Below are positions 8,762 to 18,509 of a stretch of 64,000 nt of DNA, in pieces (the first letter of the stretch is position 1; every line of letters begins with the position of its first letter). The notes under the pieces are model-generated. The model was not told where the DNA came from, searched no databases, and was given only the letters and a program-made list of their open reading frames with translations. Source of the stretch: an uncultured Actinomycetes bacterium. GTDB lineage: Bacteria > Actinomycetota > UBA4738 > HRBIN12. The position numbers were made by a program, and so were the translations under genes. Location: assembly GCA_963825635.1 (NCBI GenBank), contig CAWGTU010000001.1, positions 1,086,259 to 1,150,258 on the forward strand, in the 5' to 3' direction.

Positions 8762-9772
8762 TCAGCCGAGGAGGTCCAGCAATCGCCTGCCGCTCGCCGT
8801 CAGCTCCGAGTAGACCTCGCGGCCCTGACGTCTCGCATCGACGACGCCTGCGCGCCTGAGCACCCCGAGCTGCTGGGAGACGGCTGCGGGCGTGAGGTGC
8901 AGCCGGTGTGCGAGCTCGCTCGTCGTCATCGGCACGTTCAACACGCGCAGGATGTCGGCGCGGGTGCCCCCGATCAGGTCGTCCATCGCGCCGTCGCCGC
9001 GCGCGTCCTGCGGCTCGTCCCAGAGCTCGGCGATGCCGCGGGGGGAGTAGGACAGGGTCGGCTGCAGGTCGTCGCCCATCAGGATCGCGATGCCCGGCCA
9101 GTCGAAGACGGCCGGGATCAGCACCAGGCCGCGACCGCCGGGGTCGACGTCCTCACACATCTGCTTGTCGATCACGAGTGCATCGCCCGCCCACGACAGC
9201 GACGGGTGCAGGTCGGCGAAGAGCAGCTCGGCGCCGCCGAGCGCGAGCTGGCGGGCGCGGTACGTCACGTCGGCCTCGTGCAGGGCCCGGATGCGGGGCC
9301 AGTGCGGCTCGATCGTGAGCTTCCAGTACTCGCGCATCTGCTCCACGAGCCTGCCCACGAACGGCGCGGGGTCTTCGAGGATCTCCTGCGTCATCGCGGC
9401 GACCGGCGCCCCCCCGAGCGACCCGATCATGTGGGAGAGCTCGGCGCTGATGCGGGCGGGCTCGGTGCGGGCCACCTGTTCCAGCTCGTCCTCGAACTGG
9501 GGGAACGGCGTCTCGGGGGCCGGCGTGAGGAAGTCGGGGATGTACGGATGCAAGGTCGGGGGGAGTCCCGGGGGCGGGACCATCGCGAAGAGGATCCCGA
9601 GGTCGCGCCCCTCGATCGCGGCCTTCGCCTCCTGCACCCACGGCAGGTGCAGCGCGTGCTTCGAGGGGTCGCGCATCGGCTTGTAGAGGCTCATCCCGAG
9701 CTCCCAGATCGGGGAGAACGCGAACCGAGTCTCCGCCAGGTCGTCGCTCGAGAGGTGGATGCTGACCGCCAT
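8762..9772 (-). CDS. ArsR/SmtB-family regulator with N-terminal DUF5937 domain
   Basis: DLAETRFAFSPIWE, YIPDFLTP, LHP, GLVLIP; C-terminal wHTH TTSELA...AVSQQLGVLRRAG. Confidence 0.88.
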   Translation of the reverse strand: MAVSIHLSSDDLAETRFAFSPIWELGMSLYKPMRDPSKHALHLPWVQEAKAAIEGRDLGILFAMVPPPGLPPTLHPYIPDFLTPAPETPFPQFEDELEQVARTEPARISAELSHMIGSLGGAPVAAMTQEILEDPAPFVGRLVEQMREYWKLTIEPHWPRIRALHEADVTYRARQLALGGAELLFADLHPSLSWAGDALVIDKQMCEDVDPGGRGLVLIPAVFDWPGIAILMGDDLQPTLSYSPRGIAELWDEPQDARGDGAMDDLIGGTRADILRVLNVPMTTSELAHRLHLTPAAVSQQLGVLRRAGVVDARRQGREVYSELTASGRRLLDLLG

Positions 9773-9838
9773 CGCTTTCGGGTTAGCTTAAATGCTTTCA
9801 TGTGGGAAGGCAAGCCCCTATCCTGCGCCTTGAAACGT

Positions 9839-9854
9839 TGTAGCAAACGCTACA
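9839..9854. promoter_or_regulatory. Palindrome TGTAGC-N4-GCTACA in an AT-rich divergent promoter region (putative operator)
   Basis: Perfect 6-bp arms just downstream of TTGAAA (9830-9835). Confidence 0.45.
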
Positions 9855-9879
9855 GGGACCCGATGAAGGAGGTGCAGCG

Positions 9880-10026
9880 ATGATCTTCGGTTGGACCGAC
9901 GATCTGTTCCGTCACCGAGAGCGGGAGCTGCGGGACGCCAGCGAGCGCCTCCGCAGCGGACGGCGCCGCGTGCGCCGCGGGCGCGAGGGCGTCTCGCCCG
10001 AGCGCCGGCCGCGCCCCGTCCGGTGA
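9880..10026 (+). CDS. Small 48-aa Arg-rich hypothetical protein (absent from ORF track)
   Basis: Strong SD AAGGAGGT upstream; MIFGWTDDLFRHRERELRDASERLRSGRRRVRRGREGVSPERRPRPVR*. Confidence 0.65.
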   Translation: MIFGWTDDLFRHRERELRDASERLRSGRRRVRRGREGVSPERRPRPVR

Positions 10027-10038
10027 ACGTCCGGATGG

Positions 10039-10084
10039 TCCGGTTCCCCTCGCGCGCGAGCGCACCTCTCTCAGGGGAACCGGA
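10039..10084. terminator. GC-rich hairpin between convergent genes
   Basis: TCCGGTTCCCCT / AGGGGAACCGGA 12-bp perfect stem; no U-tract. Confidence 0.55.
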
Positions 10085-10182
10085 ACCTCCGGCACCGGCC
10101 GGCCCGGTATCGGGCCGGCCATGATCGGTGGGGCCGGGGCGAGTCGCTCACCACGACGCCCCGGCCCCGACCGTTCGCTCCG

Positions 10183-11643
10183 TCAGTTCTCGCCCTGATC
10201 CCTCGTGAAGCCGAGCTCGCCGTCGAACTCCATCAGCTTCTCGATGTGCATCCACGTGTGACGACGCGAGATGCGAGCCAGCAGCTGGTGCACGTCCTCG
10301 TCCCACAGGTCTCCGGGGTTCTCCCGGATGATGAACCGGCATCGCCAGTGGTCGAGCGTGTCGGTGATCGCGCCGGTCGCTGGGTACACCTTCGTGCCGC
10401 GGCTGGATATCATCTTCAGCTCGAGCCGGGTACCCTCGGCGAGCTCGGTGAGCGAGGCCCCGAGCTCCGAGGCCGTGAGCGGGGACTCAACGAACACGTC
10501 CAGGCCGACCACGTTGCGCTCGGTGGGCTTGACGTAGTCGGGATCGGCCGAGAGCACCGGGAGCTGCAGCGGCTTGACCTCTCGCACGGTCCAGTTCTCG
10601 GTCTGCGTGCCCAGGTTGGCGATGATCGCCTCGGTGTAGGCCGTCGTCGGGGTGCCTCGGTCATAGCCGAGGACGTCGCCGGTGAGCGTGCCCGACTCGA
10701 GCGTGACGAAGACCGCGTGCTCGATCGCGGTCGCCTGCTCGAACAGGCCGAGGTAGCGCAGCATCAACACCGAGGACAGGATCATCGCCGTCGGGTTGAT
10801 CACGTCCTTGCCCGCGTACTTGGGCGCCGAGCCGTGCACCGCCTCGAAGATCGCGACGTCGTTGCCGATGTTGGCGCTCGGGGCGAAGCCCAGGCCGCCG
10901 ATCAGCGCCGAGGACAGGTCGGAGAGGATGTCGCCGTTCATGTTCGTCGTGACGATCACGTCGTACTGCTCGGGACGCTTCACGAGCTGGTGTGCGGCGT
11001 TGTCTACGATCACGTGCCAGCTCTCGATGTCGGGGTAGTCCGGAGCCACCTGCTCGAAGACGCGTTTGAGCGTTCCCTCGGTGAACTTCATGATGTTGGC
11101 CTTGGTCGCGCACGCGACCGTGGGGCGCCCCTCGCTGCGCGCGTACTCGAAGGCGAACCGAGCGATCTTCTCCGAGCCCTTCACGCTGATCAGTTTCAGG
11201 GCCTGGGCGACGCCTGGGGTCTGCATGTACTCGATCCCGGCGTAGAGGTCCTCGACGTTCTCGCGGACCATCACCATGTCGATGCCCCGGCCCGAGTATG
11301 GGGTGGTGACGCCGGGCATCTCGCGCACGGGGCGAACGTTCGCGTAGGTCTCGTACAGCTTGCGCAGGGTGACGTTCGCGCTCTTCTCCCCGAAGCCGAC
11401 CGGGGTCTCGAGCGGTCCTTTCAAGGAGACGCGGGTGCGTGCGATCGAATCCATCGTCTCCTGGGGCACCCCCGAGGCCACGCCCTTCTTGAAGACCTCC
11501 GCGCCGGCCTCGGCCTCCTCCCAGTCGATCGGGGCGCCCGCGGCTTCGACGATCGCCTTCGCGGACGCGACCACCTCCGGGCCGATGCCGTCGCCGGGGA
11601 TCAGGGTGACGGGGAAGCGGACGGGTACGTCGGTGTCGCTCAC
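10183..11643 (-). CDS. icd: NADP-dependent isocitrate dehydrogenase (long form with C-terminal domain)
   Basis: IPGDGIGPEV, KGPLETP, KSANVTLRK, RENVEDLY, KANIMK, NMNGDILSD, FEAVHGSAP; C-terminal LKMISSRGTKVYP...DHWRCRF. Confidence 0.92.
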   Translation of the reverse strand: MSDTDVPVRFPVTLIPGDGIGPEVVASAKAIVEAAGAPIDWEEAEAGAEVFKKGVASGVPQETMDSIARTRVSLKGPLETPVGFGEKSANVTLRKLYETYANVRPVREMPGVTTPYSGRGIDMVMVRENVEDLYAGIEYMQTPGVAQALKLISVKGSEKIARFAFEYARSEGRPTVACATKANIMKFTEGTLKRVFEQVAPDYPDIESWHVIVDNAAHQLVKRPEQYDVIVTTNMNGDILSDLSSALIGGLGFAPSANIGNDVAIFEAVHGSAPKYAGKDVINPTAMILSSVLMLRYLGLFEQATAIEHAVFVTLESGTLTGDVLGYDRGTPTTAYTEAIIANLGTQTENWTVREVKPLQLPVLSADPDYVKPTERNVVGLDVFVESPLTASELGASLTELAEGTRLELKMISSRGTKVYPATGAITDTLDHWRCRFIIRENPGDLWDEDVHQLLARISRRHTWMHIEKLMEFDGELGFTRDQGEN

Positions 11644-11745
11644 GCGGGCCTCCTCGCGGTTCGGTGCGCGGTCGTCGTCGGTCGCGTGTCATCGTAGCGG
11701 CGCCTGCGGCCGTCGCCGAGGGGAGCGTCTAGCATGGGCCGCCAG

Positions 11746-13383
11746 ATGCGCTCCCGTCGTGCCCTCGCCGTCGTCTCGCTGCTCACGGTCGCCGGACTCG
11801 TCGCGGTGGCATGCACGTCGGACGACGCGCCGACCACGTCGGCGACGTCGAGCGCTCCATCGGAGCCGCCCGATCCGTCCGCCACGGTCGCCGCGGAACC
11901 CTCGGACTCGAACTGGATCGAACCCACCGACGTGCTCGGTGCGCCGAACCTGGTGAGCGAGCCCGACCCGGCCCTCGCCCCGAATGGGGTCGACACGCAG
12001 CCCCTGCGGTCGCCGCCCGAGCTACAGGCGGCGGCCGACCGCTCGCGACCCTTCGACCCCGCCGCCGGCATCATGAACCTCGACCACCTGGTCTTCATCG
12101 TGCTCGAGAATCGCTCGTTCGATCATTACTTCGGCACGTTCCCCGGCGCCGACGGCATCCCCATGGACGCGCGGGACCGGCCCAAGGTCTGTCTGCCCGA
12201 CCCCGAGCAGGGAGGGTGCCACCGCCCGTACCACGACACGAACTTCATCGATCAGGGCGGTCCGCACGGCGAGGTCGGCAGCGAGATCTCGATCAACGGC
12301 GGGGCGATGGACGGCTTCGTCGAGGCTCGGCGTGTGATCGGCAACGGGTGCGACAAGCATCCCGACGAGAAGCCGTGCCCGCAGGCCGTCGACGGTCCGC
12401 AGGGTCAGCCCGACGTGATGGGCTACCACACGGAGGAGGAGCTCCCGATCTACTGGAAGTACGCCGAGACGTTCACGCTGCACGACCGCATGTTCGCGCC
12501 CACGGACTCGTGGACGCTGCCCGCGCACCTGTTCCTGATCTCGGCCTGGTCGGCGACCTGCAGCGACCTCGACGACCCGATGTCGTGCTCGTCGGACCAG
12601 AAGTTCCCCGGTGGCATCTACGCCGACGAGCCATCGAAGATCTGGGCACCGAAGATGGGCGAGCCCCGGCCGTACGTGTGGGCTCCGATCACCTGGCTCC
12701 TCTACAAGGCCGGCGTGAGTTGGGGCTACTACGTCGGCGAGGGCACCTGCGTCGCCCCGCCCTGCGAGCACCTCGAGGGCATCCTCACGGCGCCGGTGCA
12801 GAATCCGCTACCCGGGTTCACCGCGACGGCCGCGACCGGCCAGCTCGACAACATCAGGCCGAACACGGAGTTCATCCGCGACGCTCGCAACGGCGACCTG
12901 CCGAGCGTCTCGTGGTTCATGCCCGAGAAGGACAAGGGGGAGCACCCGCCCGACTCGATCGAGGTGGGACAGGCCTACGTGGCCAAGGCGATCAACGCGA
13001 TCATGGAGGGTCCCGAGGAGCAGTGGATGCGCACCGCGATCTTCCTCACCTGGGACGACTGGGGTGGCTTCTACGACCACGTGAAGCCGCCCGTGGTCGA
13101 CGAGAACGGGTGGGGGCTGCGGGTGCCGTCGATGGTGATCAGCCCGTGGGCGAAACCCGGATTCATCGACTCCCAGACCCTCAGCTACGACGCCTACCTG
13201 AAGCTGATCGAGGACCGCTTCCTCGGTGGGGAGCGCCTCGACCCAGAGACCGACGGGTGGCCGGACTCTCGCCCCACGGTGCGCGAAGAGGTGAAGCTGC
13301 TCGGCGACCTCGCCCTCGACTTCGACTTCACGCAGGAGCCGTTGCCACCGCTCGTGGTCGACCCCTGGCCGTTCCGGGGCTGA
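11746..13383 (+). CDS. Phosphoesterase (phospholipase C/AcpA family) lipoprotein, copy 1
   Basis: Lipobox VAVAC; [31 protein letters not shown]; start could also be 11734. Confidence 0.9.
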   Translation: MRSRRALAVVSLLTVAGLVAVACTSDDAPTTSATSSAPSEPPDPSATVAAEPSDSNWIEPTDVLGAPNLVSEPDPALAPNGVDTQPLRSPPELQAAADRSRPFDPAAGIMNLDHLVFIVLENRSFDHYFGTFPGADGIPMDARDRPKVCLPDPEQGGCHRPYHDTNFIDQGGPHGEVGSEISINGGAMDGFVEARRVIGNGCDKHPDEKPCPQAVDGPQGQPDVMGYHTEEELPIYWKYAETFTLHDRMFAPTDSWTLPAHLFLISAWSATCSDLDDPMSCSSDQKFPGGIYADEPSKIWAPKMGEPRPYVWAPITWLLYKAGVSWGYYVGEGTCVAPPCEHLEGILTAPVQNPLPGFTATAATGQLDNIRPNTEFIRDARNGDLPSVSWFMPEKDKGEHPPDSIEVGQAYVAKAINAIMEGPEEQWMRTAIFLTWDDWGGFYDHVKPPVVDENGWGLRVPSMVISPWAKPGFIDSQTLSYDAYLKLIEDRFLGGERLDPETDGWPDSRPTVREEVKLLGDLALDFDFTQEPLPPLVVDPWPFRG

Positions 13384-13447
13384 GCCGACGCCTGTCGATC
13401 GAGCCTGGTTGTTCGGCCGGGCACCACGGGCAGGCTACGATCGCGCG

Positions 13448-15085
13448 ATGGCTCGAGTGAGCGGTTCCCTGCTGCGCTGGCGACCCGCCGCCGTCCTGGT
13501 CGTGGTCGGCATCGTGGCGGTGGCGTGCGTCTCCGCTGACGCCGACCCGCCTGGCGACACAGCGGGTGCCCAGCTCTCGCCGAGCCCCGAACCCGCTCGC
13601 GCGCGGCCTGAGCCGACGGGCGAGGTCCCGCTCCCGTTCCTCGTGCCCGACCGCTTCCCGGTCGCTCCCGAGCGCGCGCCGATCGGGGTCGACACGCGTC
13701 CACTGCGGGATCCGCCCGAGCTGCAACCGGTGGCCGATCCCTTCCGCCCGTTCGACCCCGCGGCCGGCATCATGAACCTCGACCACCTCGTGTTCCTCGT
13801 GCAGGAGAACCGGTCGTTCGACCATTACTTCGGCACGTTCCCGGGGGCCGACGGCATCCCGATGGACGAGAGCGGCAAGCCGAGCGTCTGCGTGCCCGAC
13901 CCCGCACGCGACATCTGCCACCGGCCCTACCACGACCGCAACCTGTTCGACTCGGGTGGGCCCCACGGCGAGTTCGCGTCGCAGATCTCGATCGCCGGCG
14001 GACGCATGAACGGGTTCGTGCGCGCGTTCCGCATCAAGGGCAACGGATGCGAGAAGGACCCGACGGTCCCCCCCTGCCCGAAGACGACGTCGGGCCCCGA
14101 CGGGGCGCGCACGCCCGACCTGATGGGCTACCACACGGCCCGCGAGATCCCGAACTACTGGAAGTACGCCGAGACGTTCACCCTGCACGACCGCATGTTC
14201 GCCCCGACCGACTCGTGGACGCTCCCGGCCCACCTGTTCCTGATCTCGGGGTGGTCCGCGAGATGCCCGGTGCCCGACGATCCGATGGCCTGCGTCAGCG
14301 ACCAGCGCAACCCGGGCAAGCGGCCCGGGCTCACATCGAAGAACTGGACGCCCGACGCCGGCGAGCCGCTGCCCTACATCTGGGCCGACATCACGTGGCT
14401 GCTCTACAAGGCGGGCGTGTCGTGGGGCTACTTCGTCGGTCCCGGGAGCTGCGTCGTCGCGCCGTGCCAAGACTTCGAGGCGACCGAGACGCGCGCCGTG
14501 CAGAACCCACTGCCGGGCTTCCGCACGGTCGACGTGACCGGCCAACTCGACAACGTGCTCCCGAACACCGACTTCCTCGAGGCGGCGCGCGAGGGCACGC
14601 TGCCGAGCGTCTCGTGGGTGATGCCCACCGAGGGGCGCGCCGAGCACCCACCCCACTCGATCGCCGAGGGGCAGGCATGGGTGACCGAGATCGTCAACGC
14701 CGTGATGCAGGGGCCCGAGGAGCAGTGGCTGCGGACCGCGATCTTCGTGACGTGGGACGACTGGGGTGGCTTCTACGACCACGTGCTGCCGCCCGTGATC
14801 GACGAGAACGGCTGGGGGTTGCGCGTACCCTCGTTCGTGATCAGCCCCTGGGCGCGAGCCGGCTACATCGACTCGCAGACGCTCAGCTACGACGCGTACC
14901 TGAAGCTGATCGAGGACCGCTTCTTGGGCGGACAGCGCCTGGACCCCCAGACCGACGGGTGGCCCGACGCACGCCCCACCGTGCGCGAGGAGGTCGAGGC
15001 GCTCGGTGATCTCGCTCGCAGCTTCGACTTCTCGCAACAGCCGCTGCCGCCGCTGGTGCTCGATCCGTATCCGGGCATCGGCTGA
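13448..15085 (+). CDS. Phosphoesterase (phospholipase C/AcpA family) lipoprotein, copy 2
   Basis: Same motifs; lipobox VAVAC; TACGAT -10 six nt before ATG 13448. Confidence 0.9.
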   Translation: MARVSGSLLRWRPAAVLVVVGIVAVACVSADADPPGDTAGAQLSPSPEPARARPEPTGEVPLPFLVPDRFPVAPERAPIGVDTRPLRDPPELQPVADPFRPFDPAAGIMNLDHLVFLVQENRSFDHYFGTFPGADGIPMDESGKPSVCVPDPARDICHRPYHDRNLFDSGGPHGEFASQISIAGGRMNGFVRAFRIKGNGCEKDPTVPPCPKTTSGPDGARTPDLMGYHTAREIPNYWKYAETFTLHDRMFAPTDSWTLPAHLFLISGWSARCPVPDDPMACVSDQRNPGKRPGLTSKNWTPDAGEPLPYIWADITWLLYKAGVSWGYFVGPGSCVVAPCQDFEATETRAVQNPLPGFRTVDVTGQLDNVLPNTDFLEAAREGTLPSVSWVMPTEGRAEHPPHSIAEGQAWVTEIVNAVMQGPEEQWLRTAIFVTWDDWGGFYDHVLPPVIDENGWGLRVPSFVISPWARAGYIDSQTLSYDAYLKLIEDRFLGGQRLDPQTDGWPDARPTVREEVEALGDLARSFDFSQQPLPPLVLDPYPGIG

Positions 15086-15099
15086 GCGAGCGGCGCGAG

Positions 15100-15170
15100 C
15101 TGGGGCGCAAGGATTCGAACCTCGACTAACAGGGCCAGAACCTGTCGTGCTGCCGTTACACCACGCCCCA
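15100..15170 (-). tRNA. tRNA-Gln(CTG)
   Basis: Reverse complement TGGGGCGTGGTGTAACGGCAGCACG-ACAGG-TTCTGGC-CCTGT...GGTTCGAATCC-TTGCGCCCCAG; CCA not encoded. Confidence 0.94.
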
Positions 15171-15271
15171 ACGTGGCCCGGGCATGCTAACAACGGGGGG
15201 CACCATCAGCCAGGATGCGCGGCGCAGTCCCGACCCAGCCTGCGCCGCAACCGCGTTCACGGCCCCGAGGT

Positions 15272-15301
15272 TTGACCGTCGTGGGCTCGGAGGACTACGG
15301 T
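15272..15301 (+). promoter_or_regulatory. Housekeeping-sigma promoter for the HU gene
   Basis: TTGACC-N18-TACGGT. Confidence 0.5.
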
Positions 15302-15339
15302 GGGGGCTCGGAACCCTTGCACGACCGGAGGGAGCAGCC

Positions 15340-15630
15340 ATGAACAAGGGTGGCTTGGTCGCAGAGGTCTCCAGACGCACCGGCCTGTCGAAGGCCGATG
15401 CAGGTCGGGCGATCGACGCGATGATCGATTCGATCCGGGACTCCGTCGTCCGAGGCGAGCGCGTCACCCTCGCCGACTTCGGCACCTTCGAACGCAGGCA
15501 TCGCAACGAGCGCATCGCACGGAACCCGCGCAGACCGCAGATCCCGATCGTCGTGCCGGCACGCGACCTCCCGGCGTTCACGCCGGGCAAGGAATTCCGC
15601 GAACAGGTCGTGACGACGTCCGACGCCTGA
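15340..15630 (+). CDS. hup: HU/IHF-family DNA-binding protein
   Basis: MNKGGLVAEV, FGTFE, ARNP, PAFTPGKEF; SD GGAGGGAG. Confidence 0.9.
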   Translation: MNKGGLVAEVSRRTGLSKADAGRAIDAMIDSIRDSVVRGERVTLADFGTFERRHRNERIARNPRRPQIPIVVPARDLPAFTPGKEFREQVVTTSDA

Positions 15631-15666
15631 TCGTCGGGCCGGACCGCGAGCGGCCCGGCCGGCCGG

Positions 15667-15876
15667 TCACTCGAACGTGACGAGACGCAGCCCGCGCGCC
15701 ACCGGACCGCCCTCGGCGTCCTCGAGGTCGAACGAGACGCGCTGGCCCAGTCGCAGCGTGAGGATGCCGGAGCGCTCGAGCGACGTGGCGTCGATCGCCA
15801 CCTCGGTGCGGTCGTCCATCAGCAGCGAGCCGGTGACGCCCGCCAGGTCGAACTCCTTGATCGTGCCCTGCGCCAT
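15667..15876 (-). CDS. Small cold-shock-like OB-fold protein
   Basis: MAQGTIKEFD...GSLLMDD...LRLGQRVSF; follows cofC as in other actinobacteria. Confidence 0.7.
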   Translation of the reverse strand: MAQGTIKEFDLAGVTGSLLMDDRTEVAIDATSLERSGILTLRLGQRVSFDLEDAEGGPVARGLRLVTFE

Positions 15877-15892
15877 CGGTCGTTCGTCTCCT

Positions 15893-16537
15893 CTAGGTCC
15901 GGGTGGCGATCCGCGCCCCGAGGTCGAGGTCGCGGCAGACCTGCAGCGTCCGACCCTCGTGGCGCGACTCCAGCACGGTGAGGATATCGCTCGGGAGGTC
16001 GAGGTCGAACGCGAGCTCGGGCACGTCGACGACGGCGGTCGGCACGTCGGCCTCAGCCGCCCCCTGCAGATGCCGGCGGTAGGAATCGGGCCCGAAGCGT
16101 GCATCGATCGCCGCGGGGGGGCGACGGATCAGCAGGTTCGTGCCCGTCTCGTCCGCCGACGGCGCGACGACGACGGCGCCGAGCGTGCGGAGTGCCCTCG
16201 TGAGCGCGCCGTGGGTCACGAGAGGCGTGTCGGGGAGCAGCACCGCGAGGGTGTCGACCGATCGTCCCTCGGCCTCCTCCTCGACCTGGCGGATCGCGTT
16301 GGAGAGCGGCGGCTGCTCCTCCTCGACCGCATGCGCCCCTCGCGACATCGCGATCTCGAGCACGGCCTCATCGGGCGAGACCACCCACGTCTGCCATCCG
16401 CTGAGCTCGAGGGTGACGTCGAGCACGTCCTCGAGCATGGCGAGCGTGAGGGCACCGCGCTCGAGCGGCGACAACACCGGGTCGAGGCGCCCCTTGGACT
16501 CGGACAGTGACTTGACGGGCAGGGCGATCACACGCAC
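15893..16537 (-). CDS. cofC: 2-phospho-L-lactate/PEP guanylyltransferase (F420 biosynthesis, CofC/FbiD)
   Basis: LPVKSLSESKGRL, AMLEDVL, PDTP, GTNLL, FGPDSY, FDLDLPSD. Confidence 0.9.
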   Translation of the reverse strand: MRVIALPVKSLSESKGRLDPVLSPLERGALTLAMLEDVLDVTLELSGWQTWVVSPDEAVLEIAMSRGAHAVEEEQPPLSNAIRQVEEEAEGRSVDTLAVLLPDTPLVTHGALTRALRTLGAVVVAPSADETGTNLLIRRPPAAIDARFGPDSYRRHLQGAAEADVPTAVVDVPELAFDLDLPSDILTVLESRHEGRTLQVCRDLDLGARIATRT

Positions 16538-16639
16538 GACGGCGCCAGCCTAGCGGCTGCCTCGACGGCCCGGTCGCCGGCGTCCCCGCGATAGGCTCTC
16601 GGCGCCGCACCGTCGCGGCCCGAAGGAAAGGACGGATCG

Positions 16640-17320
16640 CTGGCCGAGCCCTGGTACCACGTGGCGAAGGCCGTCTCGATCCCACCGGTCCGTGGGTGGT
16701 TCCGGCTCCGGTACGAGGGGCTCGAGCACATCCCGCCCACCGGCCCGGCGATCGTGGCGTGCAACCACCTCTCCTACCTCGACCCGCTGACGAACGCGTC
16801 CGCGGTGATGAAGGCCGGCCGGCGACCGCGGTTCCTCGCGAAGGACGAGCTGTTCCACATCCCCGTCGTCGGCCTGGCGTTCAAGGGCGCGAAGCAGATC
16901 CCGGTGGCCCGTGGCAGGGGCAGCGCGACCGCGGCGCTCGACGCCGCCGAGCGGTCGATCGCCGACGGAGAGCTCGTGATGATCTATCCGGAAGGCACCG
17001 TGACGAAGCGCTCCGACCATCTGCCGATGCGGGGGAAGACCGGCGTGGTCCGACTCTCGCTCGCGACGGGGGTGCCGATCACGCCTCTCGCGAGCTGGGG
17101 GTCGCAGGCGGTGTGGCAGAAGTCCGGGAAGGGCAGCCTGAAGTTCGGGCGTCCGGTCTGGCTGTGCGTCGGACCGCCGATCGATCTCTCGAGCCGGCGC
17201 GACGAGGTGGGCGACGTCGAGGCGCTCCGCTCGATGACCGTCGACCTGATGTCGGTGCTCACGGCGATGGTCGAGGACCTGCGGGACAGGTACCCGAAGC
17301 GCTGGTCCGACGACGGGTAG
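16640..17320 (+). CDS. Lysophospholipid (1-acyl-G3P) acyltransferase; start either CTG 16640 or GTG 16661
   Basis: NHLSYLD, FLAKDELF, YPEGT. Confidence 0.88.
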   Translation: MAEPWYHVAKAVSIPPVRGWFRLRYEGLEHIPPTGPAIVACNHLSYLDPLTNASAVMKAGRRPRFLAKDELFHIPVVGLAFKGAKQIPVARGRGSATAALDAAERSIADGELVMIYPEGTVTKRSDHLPMRGKTGVVRLSLATGVPITPLASWGSQAVWQKSGKGSLKFGRPVWLCVGPPIDLSSRRDEVGDVEALRSMTVDLMSVLTAMVEDLRDRYPKRWSDDG

Positions 17321-17330
17321 GCTCCGAGGC

Positions 17331-18509
17331 ATGACCGACCGCCGGGGGTTCTCGACGAGGGCGGTGCACGGCGCCACGCCGAGGGTCGAGCAGGAGACGC
17401 CGAGCGTGCCGCTCTACCAGACCTCGACGTTCCGCTTCCCCGACTCCGAGGCCTACGCCGAGACGATCGCGTTCCGCGCCCCGGGCTACACCTACACCCG
17501 TGGGTACGGGAACCCGACCGTCGCCGCGTTCGAGCAGCAGATGGCCGCGCTCGAGGGCACGGCGGGCGCGTTCGGCTTCGCCTCCGGCATGGCCGGGATC
17601 CACTCGGTGTTCGCGGCCCACGCGGGCGCGGGGGACCGCGTGGTCATGAGCGCCGAGCTGTACGGGGGCACGTACGCCCTCGCCACTCGCGTGCTGCCTC
17701 GCAACGGGGTCGAGGTCACCCTCGTCGATCCCCACGACCTCGATGCCGTGCGAGCGGCCCTGCCGGGCGCGGCGCTGTTCCACGTGGAGACGATCGCGAA
17801 CCCGAACGTGACCGTCGCCGACCTCGAGGCGCTCGGCGCGGCCTGCCGCGACGCCGGCGTGCCCGCGTCGGTCGACAACACGTTCGCGTCGCCCTACCTC
17901 TGCACGCCCGCCGCAGACGGCTTCGACTACGTCTGCCACTCGGCCACGAAGTACGTCGGCGGCCACCACGACCTGATCGCGGGCGTCGTGTGCACGAGCG
18001 AGGCCGGTCGCGACCGGCTCCGCGACGTGGCGATCGACACGGGGGGCACGATGGCCCCGTTCGAGGCGTGGCTCTGCCTGCGTGGCCTGATGACGCTCGC
18101 GGTGCGCATGGATCGCCACTCGGCCAACGCGATGGCGCTCGCGACCGCCCTCGAAGGACATCCCTCGATCGAGCGCGTGCGGTACCCGGGTCTCGCCTCG
18201 CACCCACAACACGAGGTGGCGGCGCGGCAGTTCGCGCGAGGCTTCGGCGGCATGATGGCGATCGAGGTCGCGGGCGGCGTCGACGGGGGGCAGCGGTTCT
18301 GCGACGCGCTCGAGCTGGCGTGGGTCGCGACGAGCCTCGGTGGCACGCACACCCTCGTGGGCCACGCCGCCTCGACGACGCATCGGCAGATGGACCCGGG
18401 CGCGCGACGGGCCGCGGGCATCGCCGACGGGCTCGTGCGGGTGAGCGTCGGCATCGAGGACATCGAGGACATCCTCGAGGACGTCGAGCGAGCGCTGGAG
18501 AAGGTGTGA
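17331..18509 (+). CDS. PLP-dependent trans-sulfuration enzyme (cystathionine gamma-synthase/lyase or methionine gamma-lyase family)
   Basis: YTRGYGNPT, FASGM, YGGT, ETIANP, DNTFASP, HSATKYVGGH, TSLGG. Confidence 0.9.
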   Translation: MTDRRGFSTRAVHGATPRVEQETPSVPLYQTSTFRFPDSEAYAETIAFRAPGYTYTRGYGNPTVAAFEQQMAALEGTAGAFGFASGMAGIHSVFAAHAGAGDRVVMSAELYGGTYALATRVLPRNGVEVTLVDPHDLDAVRAALPGAALFHVETIANPNVTVADLEALGAACRDAGVPASVDNTFASPYLCTPAADGFDYVCHSATKYVGGHHDLIAGVVCTSEAGRDRLRDVAIDTGGTMAPFEAWLCLRGLMTLAVRMDRHSANAMALATALEGHPSIERVRYPGLASHPQHEVAARQFARGFGGMMAIEVAGGVDGGQRFCDALELAWVATSLGGTHTLVGHAASTTHRQMDPGARRAAGIADGLVRVSVGIEDIEDILEDVERALEKV

